The position numbers and the translations under genes are program-made. DNA of 52,545 nt from Bdellovibrionales bacterium (lineage in GTDB: Bacteria > Bdellovibrionota > Bdellovibrionia > Bdellovibrionales > JAUICD01), in contig CBDANC010000011.1 in NCBI GenBank assembly GCA_965197425.1, forward strand, positions 1-52,545. The letters run 5' to 3'. Positions 1 to 11,161 of this stretch are shown piece after piece; the stretch's first letter is position 1; each line of letters begins with the position of its first letter. Below the pieces are notes generated by a model. The model did no database searches, had not been told where the DNA came from, and was given only the letters and a program-made list of their open reading frames with translations.

Positions 1-520
1 AATAGAGATGAGGAAACTTCACTATTCGTAGCTGCTAAAAAAGGCTGTGTACTAGTTACAAGATTATTATTGGATATTGGCGTCGATCCTACCCTTGCAA
101 ATAAAGATAAAAAAAAAACCTTTGATGGCTAGTGTCGAAGCTCGAGTAAGAGACTTAAAAGCATTACGACTAACAGATATGTTCATGCCATTATTAATAG
201 AAGATTTAGGAGAGGGATATTCAGGAGAAGAGGAGGCGGATGAGATACCTCCGATCAATATAGATGTTCACTTAGAGGTTGCAGACCTACTGCTAAAAGC
301 TGGAGCTGACCCACGTGTCATAGATCAAGATGATTTTACACCTTTAATGACAGCGGCCATTGCAAATGATATAGAAATGGCCAAATTGCTGGTAGCTTAT
401 AATGCTGACCCTAGTTATATAAATTATCTGGATTATACAGCTGCATTGTATGCAAGCGATAATGGTGATAAGGATATGGTTCAATTAATTCAGAAAGCTT
501 TAGATGCAATGCAAAAATAA
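1..520 (+). pseudogene. Ankyrin-repeat protein, 5'-partial, frameshifted at an A10 tract (109-118)
   Basis: Frame 1 from base 1 reads NRDEETSLFVAAKKGCVLVTRLLLDIGVDPTLANKD, matching paralogue 9983-11161. It continues as PLMASVEA...DQDDFTPLM in the next frame after A10; the paralogue has 9 nt at this position. Confidence 0.8.
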
Positions 521-630
521 GCTCTCATCTATTTAAATAAGGTTAAAGATTGCTTTAACAAGCACCTGTTGTTCTAATAACACCCAAGTTGACCTACCTA
601 ATCACAGATTACCATAAGGAATCATCAATT

Positions 631-1782
631 ATGAAAAGGGTAAATCTAACCATCATAAGCGTATCTTGCATCTTTTGTCTTTCTGAAATGGCTACTGCTC
701 TTTCTAATCAACAAACACAAGAACCTTCTTTTTCTATGTTTCACGAAATACCAGCATGCCGGCAGCTTACTGAGTTTTATATAGAAAATGGTCAAAGAAA
801 ACCTATAGCTCAACTCTCCTTACCTTTGGAATATCATATTCATGAAAGTATTCCTTCCGAATATAGACCACGTATTCATGACCAAGCCGAAGATTGGAAT
901 AACACTCTAGGCAATGAGATGGTCAGGATCAATAGTAAAATTGATCGGGGTGATCCTACAGCAACAAACTCTGATCAAAAAAATGTTATTTATTTAGTAG
1001 ATAGTGAAGATTACACTGCTCATATATTAAACTCTCCTAATCATGATATCACTAAGGATCCGAGTGCTCTCATATCATCAGCAAATTCTGAAAGCATCAT
1101 TTCCCCAGAGCTTGCTCAGAATTTTTTACCTATCACTAATGCAGATATATTTATTAGAGAAGAAACCTTAACCAACATTGGTTTTTATAGACATCTACTG
1201 TTTGCAACTATGAGAGATTTAGGTATTGAAGGAGATTTCAGTAATGAACATATTGAAGTTATTAGAAGTGCAATAGTTGAGCACATCATCAACATGAGCA
1301 GTCAAGATGTTAAAACTTTTTTAATAGAAGATATTGAGGCTGGAAGAGAAGAACTTGAAACTTTTAGAGAGACAAGAAGCAATCAGAACCTCACATCTGA
1401 TGTATCAGATACAATTGATCGAAGATTAGACGAAATTGATCAAAGACTTGAAGAAATTCACAATATGACTGATGAGCAGATTAGAACATTTAAAATTAAT
1501 TTAACCTATAACCGTTTATCTGTAGATATGGATACTATGGAATCGGAATCTCAAAGCTCAATTACTTTTGAAAATGTTATAAGACATGAAATGGGACATG
1601 GATTAGGTTTAAGAGATTATGTCCTTTTTAATAATCACCCAATGAGAAATTTAAATATAATGGGACCTTATCTTGTTCAAGCCTATGGTCAAATTACAAT
1701 TCGTAAAGAAATCGGCACTTTTGCTATTTACGGTCTATATTGTCTTTACAGTGGATACCCTGACTTTATACAACATTATTAG
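631..1782 (+). CDS. Secreted zincin/matrixin-like metallopeptidase paralogue 1
   Basis: AAGGA RBS before ATG 631; signal-peptide-like N-terminus; HEMGHGLGLRD zinc motif and NIMGP Met-turn-like segment. Confidence 0.7.
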   Translation: MKRVNLTIISVSCIFCLSEMATALSNQQTQEPSFSMFHEIPACRQLTEFYIENGQRKPIAQLSLPLEYHIHESIPSEYRPRIHDQAEDWNNTLGNEMVRINSKIDRGDPTATNSDQKNVIYLVDSEDYTAHILNSPNHDITKDPSALISSANSESIISPELAQNFLPITNADIFIREETLTNIGFYRHLLFATMRDLGIEGDFSNEHIEVIRSAIVEHIINMSSQDVKTFLIEDIEAGREELETFRETRSNQNLTSDVSDTIDRRLDEIDQRLEEIHNMTDEQIRTFKINLTYNRLSVDMDTMESESQSSITFENVIRHEMGHGLGLRDYVLFNNHPMRNLNIMGPYLVQAYGQITIRKEIGTFAIYGLYCLYSGYPDFIQHY

Positions 1783-2013
1783 AAGCCATCTCAAAAATGT
1801 GCTAGAGATAAGAGTCTAACTTATAAACATCTCTTTAATATTATCTTATTTTTTATACGAAGTATTTATTTTGACAATCTTACTAAAATAGAAAAATAAC
1901 TCACTTACTATAATCTATAACTGAACTGATAAAATGAATTTATCTAAACAAATGTACTACCATGATTTACCAATATTAATCTACTTTAACTATATAATAA
2001 ACATATATTATGA

Positions 2014-2101
2014 TTAGGGTATTCAACTTTATGCAGACTTTAATGAAGATCAAGCTGTGATTGAGTTGATTCAAAAAGCTTTAGATGCAATGCAACAGTA
2101 A
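2014..2101 (+). pseudogene. Remnant 3' end of an ankyrin gene
   Basis: gagttgattcaaaaagctttagatgcaatgcaacagtaa matches the 3' end of the gene ending at 520 (IQKALDAMQ*). Confidence 0.7.
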
Positions 2102-2157
2102 TCTATAAATTTCAATAGTATTTTACATAATATAGGGTTACTTTAATAAAAAACTAC

Positions 2158-2249
2158 TAGAAGCCATCTCAAAAATGCTCCTAGAGAGAAAAGTTTTAAA
2201 AAAGATACCAGTTTTGCATTATACAACACAGCGCATGAGATGGCTTCTA
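2158..2249. mobile_element. MITE-like element with TAGAAGCCATCTCA terminal inverted repeats
   Basis: tagaagccatctca (2158) and tgagatggcttcta (2236-2249) form a perfect 14-bp inverted repeat; the same end recurs at 1780, 12390, 28894 and 28966. Confidence 0.6.
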
Positions 2250-2342
2250 CTCAAAATGAATAGGCTTTCTAGGCGCTGACCGATGGTTTTTCACCATCAG
2301 ATCAGTGCCAGAAAGCACGCTAGCGGCGTGATTCATTTTGAG
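2250..2342 (+). repeat. Structured three-way-junction element, copy A
   Basis: P1 CTCAAAATGAAT/ATTCATTTTGAG; P2 GCTTTCT-A-GGCGCTGA...TCAGTGCC-AGAAAGC; P3 CACGCT/GGCGTG. Confidence 0.75.
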
Positions 2343-2545
2343 GAAGACAGCCCTTTTATATAAGAAGTTAGAGGTAATAGGTACAAACGTTTATAGACGA
2401 AGGTGAACACAGAGATATATTATAGTTAGATAAAGTTATGAATTTCTGGCAATATTTATTAAACTTTTATTTTTGAAGCCGCTACTATTAAATTATAAGG
2501 TTTATAGCTTATTCATTCACAAATCATCATAGAGGAGTAGCAATT

Positions 2546-3712
2546 ATGAGGAAAACATATTTAACAAAAACAGTATTCATTATTAATATATTTTGCATTC
2601 TTTGTTTTTCTAAAGTAGCTACTGCTTTTTTTAATCAACAGGTACAGCAGCAACTTTTTTCTATGTTTCATCAAGAGCAAATGTGCAAGTCATTAGTTGG
2701 ATCACATATAACAAACAATTTTGAAATTAAGCCAGTAGCTCAAGCCTCCTTACCATTAGAATACTATATTCATGAAAGTATCCCTAAAGGACATAGGCCA
2801 TTTATTTATGATCAAGCAGAAGCATGGAATAACACCGCCGGCAATGAAATTGTTAGAATCAATAGTGAAATTGATCGAGGTGTTTTTAATCGTCGAGTGA
2901 ATAGCTCTGATCAAAAAAATGTTATTTACTTAATTGATGCATCTAATGACCCCAACAATAACATTACAACAAATGCAGATACTGTTGTACCAGGAGCTTC
3001 TGGCGTCATAACTTCTAAGGCAGAGTTTGATCTTAACACTTCTTCTTTTATACCTATTACTGATTCAGATATAATGATTGGAGAAGGAACGTTAACTGAC
3101 ATTGGCTTTTATAGAAATCTCTTACTTGTAGACATGAAAAGCTTAGGCATTGAAGGAGACTTTAATGATAAAAGTACTGAGACGATCAGAAGAGCAATAT
3201 CTAGTCATATTATAAATATGACTGACGAAGATGTTAAAGCTCTTTCAATAAAACTCCTTGAAGTTGAAAAAGAACGACTTGAAGCCTCCAGAAATACAGG
3301 AAGTACCCATGATACTATATTTGATGCACTAAATGAAATGGATCAAAGAATTGAAGGCATCCAAAATATGAGCACTCGGGAAGCTAGACAATTTAAAAAT
3401 AACATATCTCGTACACTCTTATTTGTAGATATGGACCTTATGGAATCTCAAAGTTCAGTTATCTTTCAAACCATTGTAAAGCGTAAAATAGGTGATGGAT
3501 TAGGCTTAATGGGCTATGTTCTTCCTGATAACCATCCTATGAGACATTCAAACATAATGAGACCTCATTATGTTGAAGATTATGGTCAAATTACAACTCA
3601 TAAAGAAATTGATCCTTTTGCTATTTTGGGTGTATTTTGCCTTTATAAAGACTACCCTACTATTACAAACTATGATGTCTTACATGCTGCTATTAGCTAC
3701 ATTAACAGATGA
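2546..3712 (+). CDS. Secreted zincin-like paralogue 2, zinc motif lost
   Basis: Aligns with 631-1782 over its length (SLPLEYYIHESIP, WNNT, SDQKNVIYL); HEMGH is replaced by RKIGD. Confidence 0.75.
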   Translation: MRKTYLTKTVFIINIFCILCFSKVATAFFNQQVQQQLFSMFHQEQMCKSLVGSHITNNFEIKPVAQASLPLEYYIHESIPKGHRPFIYDQAEAWNNTAGNEIVRINSEIDRGVFNRRVNSSDQKNVIYLIDASNDPNNNITTNADTVVPGASGVITSKAEFDLNTSSFIPITDSDIMIGEGTLTDIGFYRNLLLVDMKSLGIEGDFNDKSTETIRRAISSHIINMTDEDVKALSIKLLEVEKERLEASRNTGSTHDTIFDALNEMDQRIEGIQNMSTREARQFKNNISRTLLFVDMDLMESQSSVIFQTIVKRKIGDGLGLMGYVLPDNHPMRHSNIMRPHYVEDYGQITTHKEIDPFAILGVFCLYKDYPTITNYDVLHAAISYINR

Positions 3713-4144
3713 TTCTAATAAGGTTGTCTCCTTATATTTCTTAAGTGAAATATTTATTTAGATAATCTTTTAGCACTTATCATGCAATATAATAGGAAAT
3801 AAATAATCTGTTAAATCAAATGCTAATCTTATTGGTAATAATTGATTTATCCAAAAGCATAATATCAAGATACATAAATATCAATTTAGCTTATGAACCA
3901 GATAATAAAAAGTTGTAAAATTTAAATATTGACTTTAGGAATAAGCCTTTATTTAATTTTAGGAAATGTATAGTTAGGGTTTTATCATATATCTCTGCCA
4001 AATTACATTTTCATCTGTTTTACTTATGTAACAGAAGAAAATAGCATGACTGCTTCAATGTATACAGTTAGAGATGATGACGGTCATCTCAACAATACTT
4101 GATGTTTTTTGTTATTTATTCCGGTTATTGGGGAGGGGGAACAA

Positions 4145-4699
4145 ATGAAAACTCTTTTATCTATTTTGACTCTATCACTTTTATTATTTTTATATAGTTT
4201 TGCTTATGCAAACCAACTTGCTAATGATCCTCGTATGAGTTTAAGTTTTAGGTTTGCTCAAACCCTTGAAAGTGAAGATATTGCATCTATAGAAGCATTC
4301 ATAAGAGCAGGAACTGATGTAAACTCTCCTGAGATTGTGACTTACTTAGGAAAGACTCCTTTACACCATGCAGTCTTTGTAGAAAATATTCCAATGACCT
4401 ACATTCTTCTTGAGGCCAATGCCAGTGTTCACGCCTTGAATAATGCATGGAGAACCCCTCTCTTTGGAGTCGCTTTCAATGGAAATGAAACAATTGCTTG
4501 TATGTTATTAGCAAAAGGAGCACGTCTTGATCACCTGGATTATTTTGGTCGTAAAGCCTCTTTTTGGGCAAAGCAGAGCGGCCATGAAGGAGTAGCAAAT
4601 ACCTTAGAGACTGCAGAAAACACCAACACCAATGTCAACATCAACGGTGAGCAGAGAACAAATATTACTGACCTAGATGATTGCTTTAGACCAAAATAA
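4145..4699 (+). CDS. Secreted ankyrin-repeat protein
   Basis: GGAGGGGG RBS, signal peptide ending AYA, GKTPLHHA and RTPLFGVA ankyrin motifs. Confidence 0.85.
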   Translation: MKTLLSILTLSLLLFLYSFAYANQLANDPRMSLSFRFAQTLESEDIASIEAFIRAGTDVNSPEIVTYLGKTPLHHAVFVENIPMTYILLEANASVHALNNAWRTPLFGVAFNGNETIACMLLAKGARLDHLDYFGRKASFWAKQSGHEGVANTLETAENTNTNVNINGEQRTNITDLDDCFRPK

Positions 4700-4856
4700 A
4701 GCATATTTGATCCTTTATAAATTCATAGCTTCTAATAACATATTCTTATGAGAGCATTAAGTATTTATTTCTGGATATTTATACAAGCTTTAGAGAAAGA
4801 TTAAGTGTTACAAAGTATATAAGACTTACCGCTATTGAAAAATGACAAGGATCAGA

Positions 4857-5733
4857 AGAAAGGTGAACAATGGAGTTTTCTACAAAATTCTTTTTGATAT
4901 TCGTTCTTATAAACTTCAATACTCAATTGACTTTTTCTAATGATGTTCTTATAGAGGCTATTGGAGACAGGGATAGGGATATAGTAGAAGTTCAGGCACT
5001 ACTTGATGATGGAGTAGATCCTAACTCTTCAGATGATTACGGAAATACAGCTTTACAAATAGCGGCTTCTATTTGTTATGTAGAGGCAATGGAAGCATTG
5101 TTAAATGCTCATGTTGATCCTAATGCTACAAGTCATCGTGGAAACACACCTCTACAAATTGCATCTAAAAATGGCTGTATAGAAGGAGTGAGGTTATTAC
5201 TAAGTTTCAATGCTGACCCTTACCACAAAACTAATATTGGAATTACAGCCCTCATGTCAGCATCCCTTAATAATCATCCAGAAATGGTAAGATTATTATT
5301 ACAGATTGGAGCAGATCCTAATGCTGCAAATCACCATGGTAGGACAGCTTTAACAATGGCGGTCTTAAATCGTCGCCTAGAAATAGCAGCCGATTTATTG
5401 GCATGGGGTGGAGATCCTAATTATATAAATAGCAATGGTGATATAGCAGTTTTTATATCGGCAGTTCATAATTGTGATGCAGAGATGATGCAGCTATTAT
5501 TAGACTATGGAACTGATCCCTATTCTATCAATAAAGAAGATAAGGAAGCTGCTCTATTGATAGTTATTCAAAGAGGTTGTGTAGCAAGTACAAAGTTATT
5601 ACTTAGTATGGGAGGTATCGATGTCAATCGTATAGAAGATAACAGAACTTCTTTGATAATTAGTGTTGAATCTCGTTTAAAAGCATTACAGCACTTAGCA
5701 GAAGTAGAAATGAAAAGAAAAAATTTATTAAAT
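4857..5733 (+). repeat. 877-bp direct repeat, left copy flanking the IS1634 element
   Basis: No differences seen from 7683-8559 (constant offset 2826); abuts the left TIR exactly. Confidence 0.92.
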
Positions 5734-5751
5734 CCTGAGTTTGACAGTTGA
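4870..5751 (+). pseudogene. Truncated duplicate of the ankyrin gene 7696-8859, ending inside the IS TIR
   Basis: Same protein sequence to ...RKNLLN, then PEFDS* encoded by the IS end. Confidence 0.9.
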
Positions 5752-7682
5752 AAAAATAAAGTTGAGTAATTTTAATTACTTAAAGCTGTATTGGAATTTT
5801 GTGCCACTACATTTTCATTTTGTGGTAGAAATTTGAGAGATTTTTTTTAAGATTAAGTAGACTCAATTTTAAGTTGTTTAGAGGGTATCTTTGCTCCTAT
5901 AGCTTTAAATACATCAGCATTGTTACCGTTAATATCTGTTCTGATCCAAAGTGTCTTATCCTTTACCCTCACAGGTATAGCTCGTACTTCTTTCAGCTTT
6001 GACATAGCTTCTGCCACACTCAATGGCCTTGACTTTATTCTCTTGTCTGTAATTGCTTTATCTTTTAATGTGACGTTTCTCTGATGTAACTTCTTTGAAA
6101 AATAAGCCTCACATAAGTAAGATAAAAAACACACAACTAAATGTCCTAAGATCCTCTTATCTGTCCAGTGGAACATAGGACGTGTCTTTAATGTACCCTT
6201 CAACTCTCTAAATGAATTCTCTACCTTCCATAACTGCTTATAGTTCGTTATAATCTCTTCAGAACTTAAATTATCTGTATTTGTAATGATTCCAAAAAAA
6301 CCATCTGTCCTCTCTGATTGTTCTATGGCTGACTTATTTAAAGTAGGCTTGCTTTTACTCTTAGGATGAACAATATACTTCTTATAATTACTATTAGATA
6401 AAAAAGATCTTGTGCTTATAGACTTCTTTGATAATTGAGTTTCTATCTTAGATAGAATATCTTCTCTTACTTTCTTATCTCGTTCTGCTCTCTTTCTCGA
6501 CCAGGTAATTATACAACGATCATTATTATAACTTGTTTCGTATATAGCTAAATCTTCATTTATAAATTTAAAATTCTTTAAATTGTATATCTCTGAATGA
6601 CGATCCTTTAATAAACCTAGCTTTAATCCTACTATAAATTCATCTCCCTTTGCTTTTAATGATTGGAGATTCTCATTAGAAAATAAACCTCTATCTCCTA
6701 CTAATATAAATCTTCTGATCTTAAACTTCTCTTTTAGTTTCTCCATAACTGAAGGTATGGTTTTACCTTCAAAGGTATTCCCAGGATAAACATCAAAGCC
6801 TAAGGGCATACCTTCTGTATCTACTAAAAGTCCAAATACCACTTGTGTACAATCACTCCTCTTCTCTTTGCTATAACCAAATCTTCGAAGATTATCTAAA
6901 TCCTCTCGGGTACTCTCAAATCTCAATGTCGTTAAATCATACAAAATAACATCACACTCATTGAAAAAACTTAACTGAGACTTACCTTGTGTATAAAGAG
7001 TCTTCTCTATATCTTCCTTATGTTTAGATAGAATATCTAAAGAACGATAAATGTCTTGAAGATGAAGCTCCTCTTCTAAAAAATCAGGGTAAAATAACTT
7101 CTGCCAATGTGAAAATACTTTAAGCTTAGAACATGGCTCTACAAAACGACTTATAACCAATGTAAAAATAATCTTAACAAAATCAAATTGTACTTTAGGA
7201 TGCTTCTGTTTTAAATCTGTTAATAACTCATAGAGGTTTAATTGTTTAAAAATAGCGTCTATAATAAGCAGTGGACCTAATATAAATGTGTTCTGTACAT
7301 CAATCTCTTTAGCTATTTCACTGGCAGATGCAACATCTAAATGACGGCCTATAAGATCAAGAAGCTCTTCTAAGCGAGTATCTTTTACTCGACCTAAAGA
7401 CATAAGTGTCCTATGTCGACTCTTACCATCTTTGCGATAGCTTTCCACAATATGATAATATTTCTGACCTCTGCCGTTTTTAGTCTCTTTTATAAACATA
7501 AAATTAGACTACATAGAAAATTTAAAAAATCAAGAAAAAATAAGCATATGATGCAGAGTGTATAATAAATTGTTTCACTACACTTTTGACGAAAACTCAA
7601 ACTCACTGACCGCTAATACCTATAAATAAAGCATTCTTTAAAGAAAATGTTCCGAAAATTTGAATTAAGTGTCAAACTCAGG
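5734..7682 (-). mobile_element. IS1634-family insertion sequence, about 1949 bp
   Basis: TIRs CCTGAGTTTGACAGTT (5734) and AAGTGTCAAACTCAGG (ending 7682) enclose a DDE transposase. Confidence 0.92.
5853..7499 (-). CDS. IS1634-family DDE transposase
   Basis: Motifs VESYRKDGK, YDLTTLRFE, FGYSKEKRSD, GNTFEG, VGDRG, YKQLWKVENSFRELK, RPMFHWTDKRI. Confidence 0.93.
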   Translation of the reverse strand: MFIKETKNGRGQKYYHIVESYRKDGKSRHRTLMSLGRVKDTRLEELLDLIGRHLDVASASEIAKEIDVQNTFILGPLLIIDAIFKQLNLYELLTDLKQKHPKVQFDFVKIIFTLVISRFVEPCSKLKVFSHWQKLFYPDFLEEELHLQDIYRSLDILSKHKEDIEKTLYTQGKSQLSFFNECDVILYDLTTLRFESTREDLDNLRRFGYSKEKRSDCTQVVFGLLVDTEGMPLGFDVYPGNTFEGKTIPSVMEKLKEKFKIRRFILVGDRGLFSNENLQSLKAKGDEFIVGLKLGLLKDRHSEIYNLKNFKFINEDLAIYETSYNNDRCIITWSRKRAERDKKVREDILSKIETQLSKKSISTRSFLSNSNYKKYIVHPKSKSKPTLNKSAIEQSERTDGFFGIITNTDNLSSEEIITNYKQLWKVENSFRELKGTLKTRPMFHWTDKRILGHLVVCFLSYLCEAYFSKKLHQRNVTLKDKAITDKRIKSRPLSVAEAMSKLKEVRAIPVRVKDKTLWIRTDINGNNADVFKAIGAKIPSKQLKIEST

Positions 7683-8559
7683 AGAAAGGTGAACAATGGA
7701 GTTTTCTACAAAATTCTTTTTGATATTCGTTCTTATAAACTTCAATACTCAATTGACTTTTTCTAATGATGTTCTTATAGAGGCTATTGGAGACAGGGAT
7801 AGGGATATAGTAGAAGTTCAGGCACTACTTGATGATGGAGTAGATCCTAACTCTTCAGATGATTACGGAAATACAGCTTTACAAATAGCGGCTTCTATTT
7901 GTTATGTAGAGGCAATGGAAGCATTGTTAAATGCTCATGTTGATCCTAATGCTACAAGTCATCGTGGAAACACACCTCTACAAATTGCATCTAAAAATGG
8001 CTGTATAGAAGGAGTGAGGTTATTACTAAGTTTCAATGCTGACCCTTACCACAAAACTAATATTGGAATTACAGCCCTCATGTCAGCATCCCTTAATAAT
8101 CATCCAGAAATGGTAAGATTATTATTACAGATTGGAGCAGATCCTAATGCTGCAAATCACCATGGTAGGACAGCTTTAACAATGGCGGTCTTAAATCGTC
8201 GCCTAGAAATAGCAGCCGATTTATTGGCATGGGGTGGAGATCCTAATTATATAAATAGCAATGGTGATATAGCAGTTTTTATATCGGCAGTTCATAATTG
8301 TGATGCAGAGATGATGCAGCTATTATTAGACTATGGAACTGATCCCTATTCTATCAATAAAGAAGATAAGGAAGCTGCTCTATTGATAGTTATTCAAAGA
8401 GGTTGTGTAGCAAGTACAAAGTTATTACTTAGTATGGGAGGTATCGATGTCAATCGTATAGAAGATAACAGAACTTCTTTGATAATTAGTGTTGAATCTC
8501 GTTTAAAAGCATTACAGCACTTAGCAGAAGTAGAAATGAAAAGAAAAAATTTATTAAAT
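7683..8559 (+). repeat. 877-bp direct repeat, right copy
   Basis: Starts immediately after the right TIR; includes the RBS (AGAAAGGTGA) and the first 288 codons of the ankyrin gene. Confidence 0.92.
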
Positions 8560-8859
8560 GGGAGAGAGGATGCATTTTATGACGAAGTGACACAGATATA
8601 TCCAGAAGTTCATTTAGAAGTCATGGATTTATTATTAAAAGCTGGAGCTAGCCCAGATGTCACAGATCAAGATGACTTTACACCTTTAATGTCAGTAGCT
8701 ATTGAAAATGACATAGAAGCAGCTAAAGTGTTGCTAAATCATGGAGCTGATACTGGTTATACAAATTACTTGGGTTATTCAGCTTTAAACATTGCCAGTC
8801 TTAATGGTGACGGGGGTATGATTGAATTAATTAGAGGATCAGACGAAGTACAAAAATAA
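7696..8859 (+). CDS. Secreted ankyrin-repeat protein, intact copy
   Basis: Signal-like N-terminus; repeats GNTALQIA, GNTPLQIA, GITALMSA, GRTALTMA, FTPLMSVA. Confidence 0.92.
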   Translation: MEFSTKFFLIFVLINFNTQLTFSNDVLIEAIGDRDRDIVEVQALLDDGVDPNSSDDYGNTALQIAASICYVEAMEALLNAHVDPNATSHRGNTPLQIASKNGCIEGVRLLLSFNADPYHKTNIGITALMSASLNNHPEMVRLLLQIGADPNAANHHGRTALTMAVLNRRLEIAADLLAWGGDPNYINSNGDIAVFISAVHNCDAEMMQLLLDYGTDPYSINKEDKEAALLIVIQRGCVASTKLLLSMGGIDVNRIEDNRTSLIISVESRLKALQHLAEVEMKRKNLLNGREDAFYDEVTQIYPEVHLEVMDLLLKAGASPDVTDQDDFTPLMSVAIENDIEAAKVLLNHGADTGYTNYLGYSALNIASLNGDGGMIELIRGSDEVQK

Positions 8860-8909
8860 TTGACAAGCTTTCAAACAATTAAGACTGTTAGAAAGACAGA
8901 GGGAAATAT

Positions 8910-9710
8910 ATGAAAAAGTATACTGCAAAAGCATTTACCCACCAAGGTAAAGGTGGAAACACTGCGGGTGTTGTATTGGATGCTGCTCATTTAAGCCCTT
9001 TAGAAAAACAAAGAATAGCTAAAAATTTTGGGCATTCAGAAACAGCATTTCACATTCAATATCAAGACGGAAAAGAAGAGCTAGAATTTTATACTCCAAC
9101 CAAAAGAATTGACTTTTGTGGACATGCAACAGTAGCTACCTATGGCATTTTATCTAAAGATTATTCTGCTGGAACTTATACAGTACATATCTCAGGGCAA
9201 AAAGTCAAAGTTAAAATAGAAAATGATAAGATTGGTCTTCAACAAAAGCTTTCATTCATCAATGAGGTTTCAAATTTTAAAACTTTGTTATCTTCATCTT
9301 TTTCAAATTTTTCCTTAGAAAACTTAATTGATGTAAAACACATTAACAATGGAGTCTCATTTTTTGTTATTGAGGTTACTGATTGGAATTCTATTAAAAG
9401 TTTAAAACCAGTTCATCCTGAAATTGAAAAAGTAAGTCAAAAATATGATTTAGTAGGTTACTATTTGACATCACCTGTTGAAAATCATCAAAGTATGACT
9501 AGAATGTTTGCACCTTATTACGGAATACCAGAAGAGTCTGCAACAGGTATGGGAGCAGGATGTTTAATGGCCTACTTAAATAAAAAATATGGAATTACAT
9601 CACATACAGCTATTCAAGGTATGGCTATGCAACCGGAACAACCTTCACGTTTAGACTCAGAAATTGAAGAAAACAATATTTGGGTATTTGGCAGATTTCA
9701 AGTTACTTAA
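8910..9710 (+). CDS. PhzF-family (DAP-epimerase fold) protein
   Basis: AFT...GGNTAGVV, SETAF, FCGHAT, RMFAP, EESATG motifs. Confidence 0.9.
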   Translation: MKKYTAKAFTHQGKGGNTAGVVLDAAHLSPLEKQRIAKNFGHSETAFHIQYQDGKEELEFYTPTKRIDFCGHATVATYGILSKDYSAGTYTVHISGQKVKVKIENDKIGLQQKLSFINEVSNFKTLLSSSFSNFSLENLIDVKHINNGVSFFVIEVTDWNSIKSLKPVHPEIEKVSQKYDLVGYYLTSPVENHQSMTRMFAPYYGIPEESATGMGAGCLMAYLNKKYGITSHTAIQGMAMQPEQPSRLDSEIEENNIWVFGRFQVT

Positions 9711-9982
9711 ACCTACCAAATACTCCAGTGGTCTTGTTACACAAATATATTGAGAGTTATGGTAGCTCTCTTTCTTCTGGCAATCAGGCATGGCCATTTA
9801 AGTTCAACTTGTCATGTATTGACACAAAAGAAAATCCTTAGTAAAAATGGGTAGGAGATAGCTGTATTCCTAAAGTAGGTTCATCAGGCAATCCATGATC
9901 AGTTTCCAGATCCGTTCTGTAATCTATGTGTCTAGAATGGGTCCAGTATTGAAAGATAATAAGAACTGGAAAAGAGACGGCA

Positions 9983-11161
9983 ATGATAAAGTTTTTTATA
10001 AAGTTATCTTTGATCTTTTTCTCTATAAACTTCAATCATCAACTAGCTTTATCCAATAGAGACCTTATAAGGGCTATTAAAGAAAGAGATATAATAAGTG
10101 TTTATACCCTGCTTAATAGCGGTATAGATACTGACTCTCCAGACCGTTATGGCGACACAGCTTTGGAAATAGCAACTTCTAATTGTTATATAGAGGGTAT
10201 GGAAGTGCTGCTAGATGCGCATGCCAATCCTCATGCCTTATACAATAAGGGAAGCACACTTTTAAGAACAGCAGCTGTAAGTGGCTGTATGGAAGCTACA
10301 AAATTATTATTAAGTCTCAATGTGGATATTTATCATAAAAATAACCATGGAGATACGGCTCTCATAGCTGCAACCGTTAATGGTCATGCAGAGATAGTAA
10401 GGTTATTTTTAGAACTTGGAGCAGATCCTAACTCTGTAAATCATTATGGCAGAACAGCTTTAATGATGGGGGTTTCAGGAAATCACTTAGAAATAACAAA
10501 AGATCTACTGGCATGGGGTGGAGATTCTAATTCTGTAGATATTAATAATATTGATAATAGTGAAACAGCAGTTTTTCTATCAGCAGCCCATAATTGTAAC
10601 ATAGAGATGATGCAATTATTGTTAGAATATGGAGCCGATCCTTATGCTGTTAATCACAATGAGGAGACATCCTTATTTATAGCGGCTAAAAGAGGCTGCA
10701 TAACAGCTACACAGTTTTTATTGGATATTGGTATCGATCCTGATCTTGCAAATAAAGATAAGACAACTCCTCTGATGGCCAGTGTTGAGGCTCACTCTAA
10801 AGTATTACAAAATCCAGAAGAAGCAGAGATGAACAGAGAAGCCTTATTAAAAGCACATGAGTCAATGATATCAGGCCCGTTATATGATGAAGTTACTCAG
10901 GTATCAGAAGTTCATTTAGAAGTTATGGATTTATTATTAAAAGCTGGGGCTAACCCAGATGTCACAGATCAAGATGACTTTACACCTTTAATGTCAGCAG
11001 CTATTGAAAATGATATAGAAGCAGCTAAAGTGTTACTGCATCATGGAGCTGACACTGGTTATACAAATTACTTAGGTTATACAGCTGCATTGTATGCGAG
11101 CGGTAATGGCTATGGAGGTATGGTTCAATTAATTGAAGGATCAGGTGAGGTACAAAAATAA
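9983..11161 (+). CDS. Secreted ankyrin-repeat protein
   Basis: Paralogue of 7696-8859 with multiple ankyrin motifs (GDTAL, GRTAL, TTPLM). Confidence 0.92.
   Translation: MIKFFIKLSLIFFSINFNHQLALSNRDLIRAIKERDIISVYTLLNSGIDTDSPDRYGDTALEIATSNCYIEGMEVLLDAHANPHALYNKGSTLLRTAAVSGCMEATKLLLSLNVDIYHKNNHGDTALIAATVNGHAEIVRLFLELGADPNSVNHYGRTALMMGVSGNHLEITKDLLAWGGDSNSVDINNIDNSETAVFLSAAHNCNIEMMQLLLEYGADPYAVNHNEETSLFIAAKRGCITATQFLLDIGIDPDLANKDKTTPLMASVEAHSKVLQNPEEAEMNREALLKAHESMISGPLYDEVTQVSEVHLEVMDLLLKAGANPDVTDQDDFTPLMSAAIENDIEAAKVLLHHGADTGYTNYLGYTAALYASGNGYGGMVQLIEGSGEVQK

Noticed and set aside
2250..2342. Structured element as a hammerhead ribozyme or known riboswitch
   Set aside because: No CUGANGA core or recognisable aptamer consensus; GAAA lies within a paired stem
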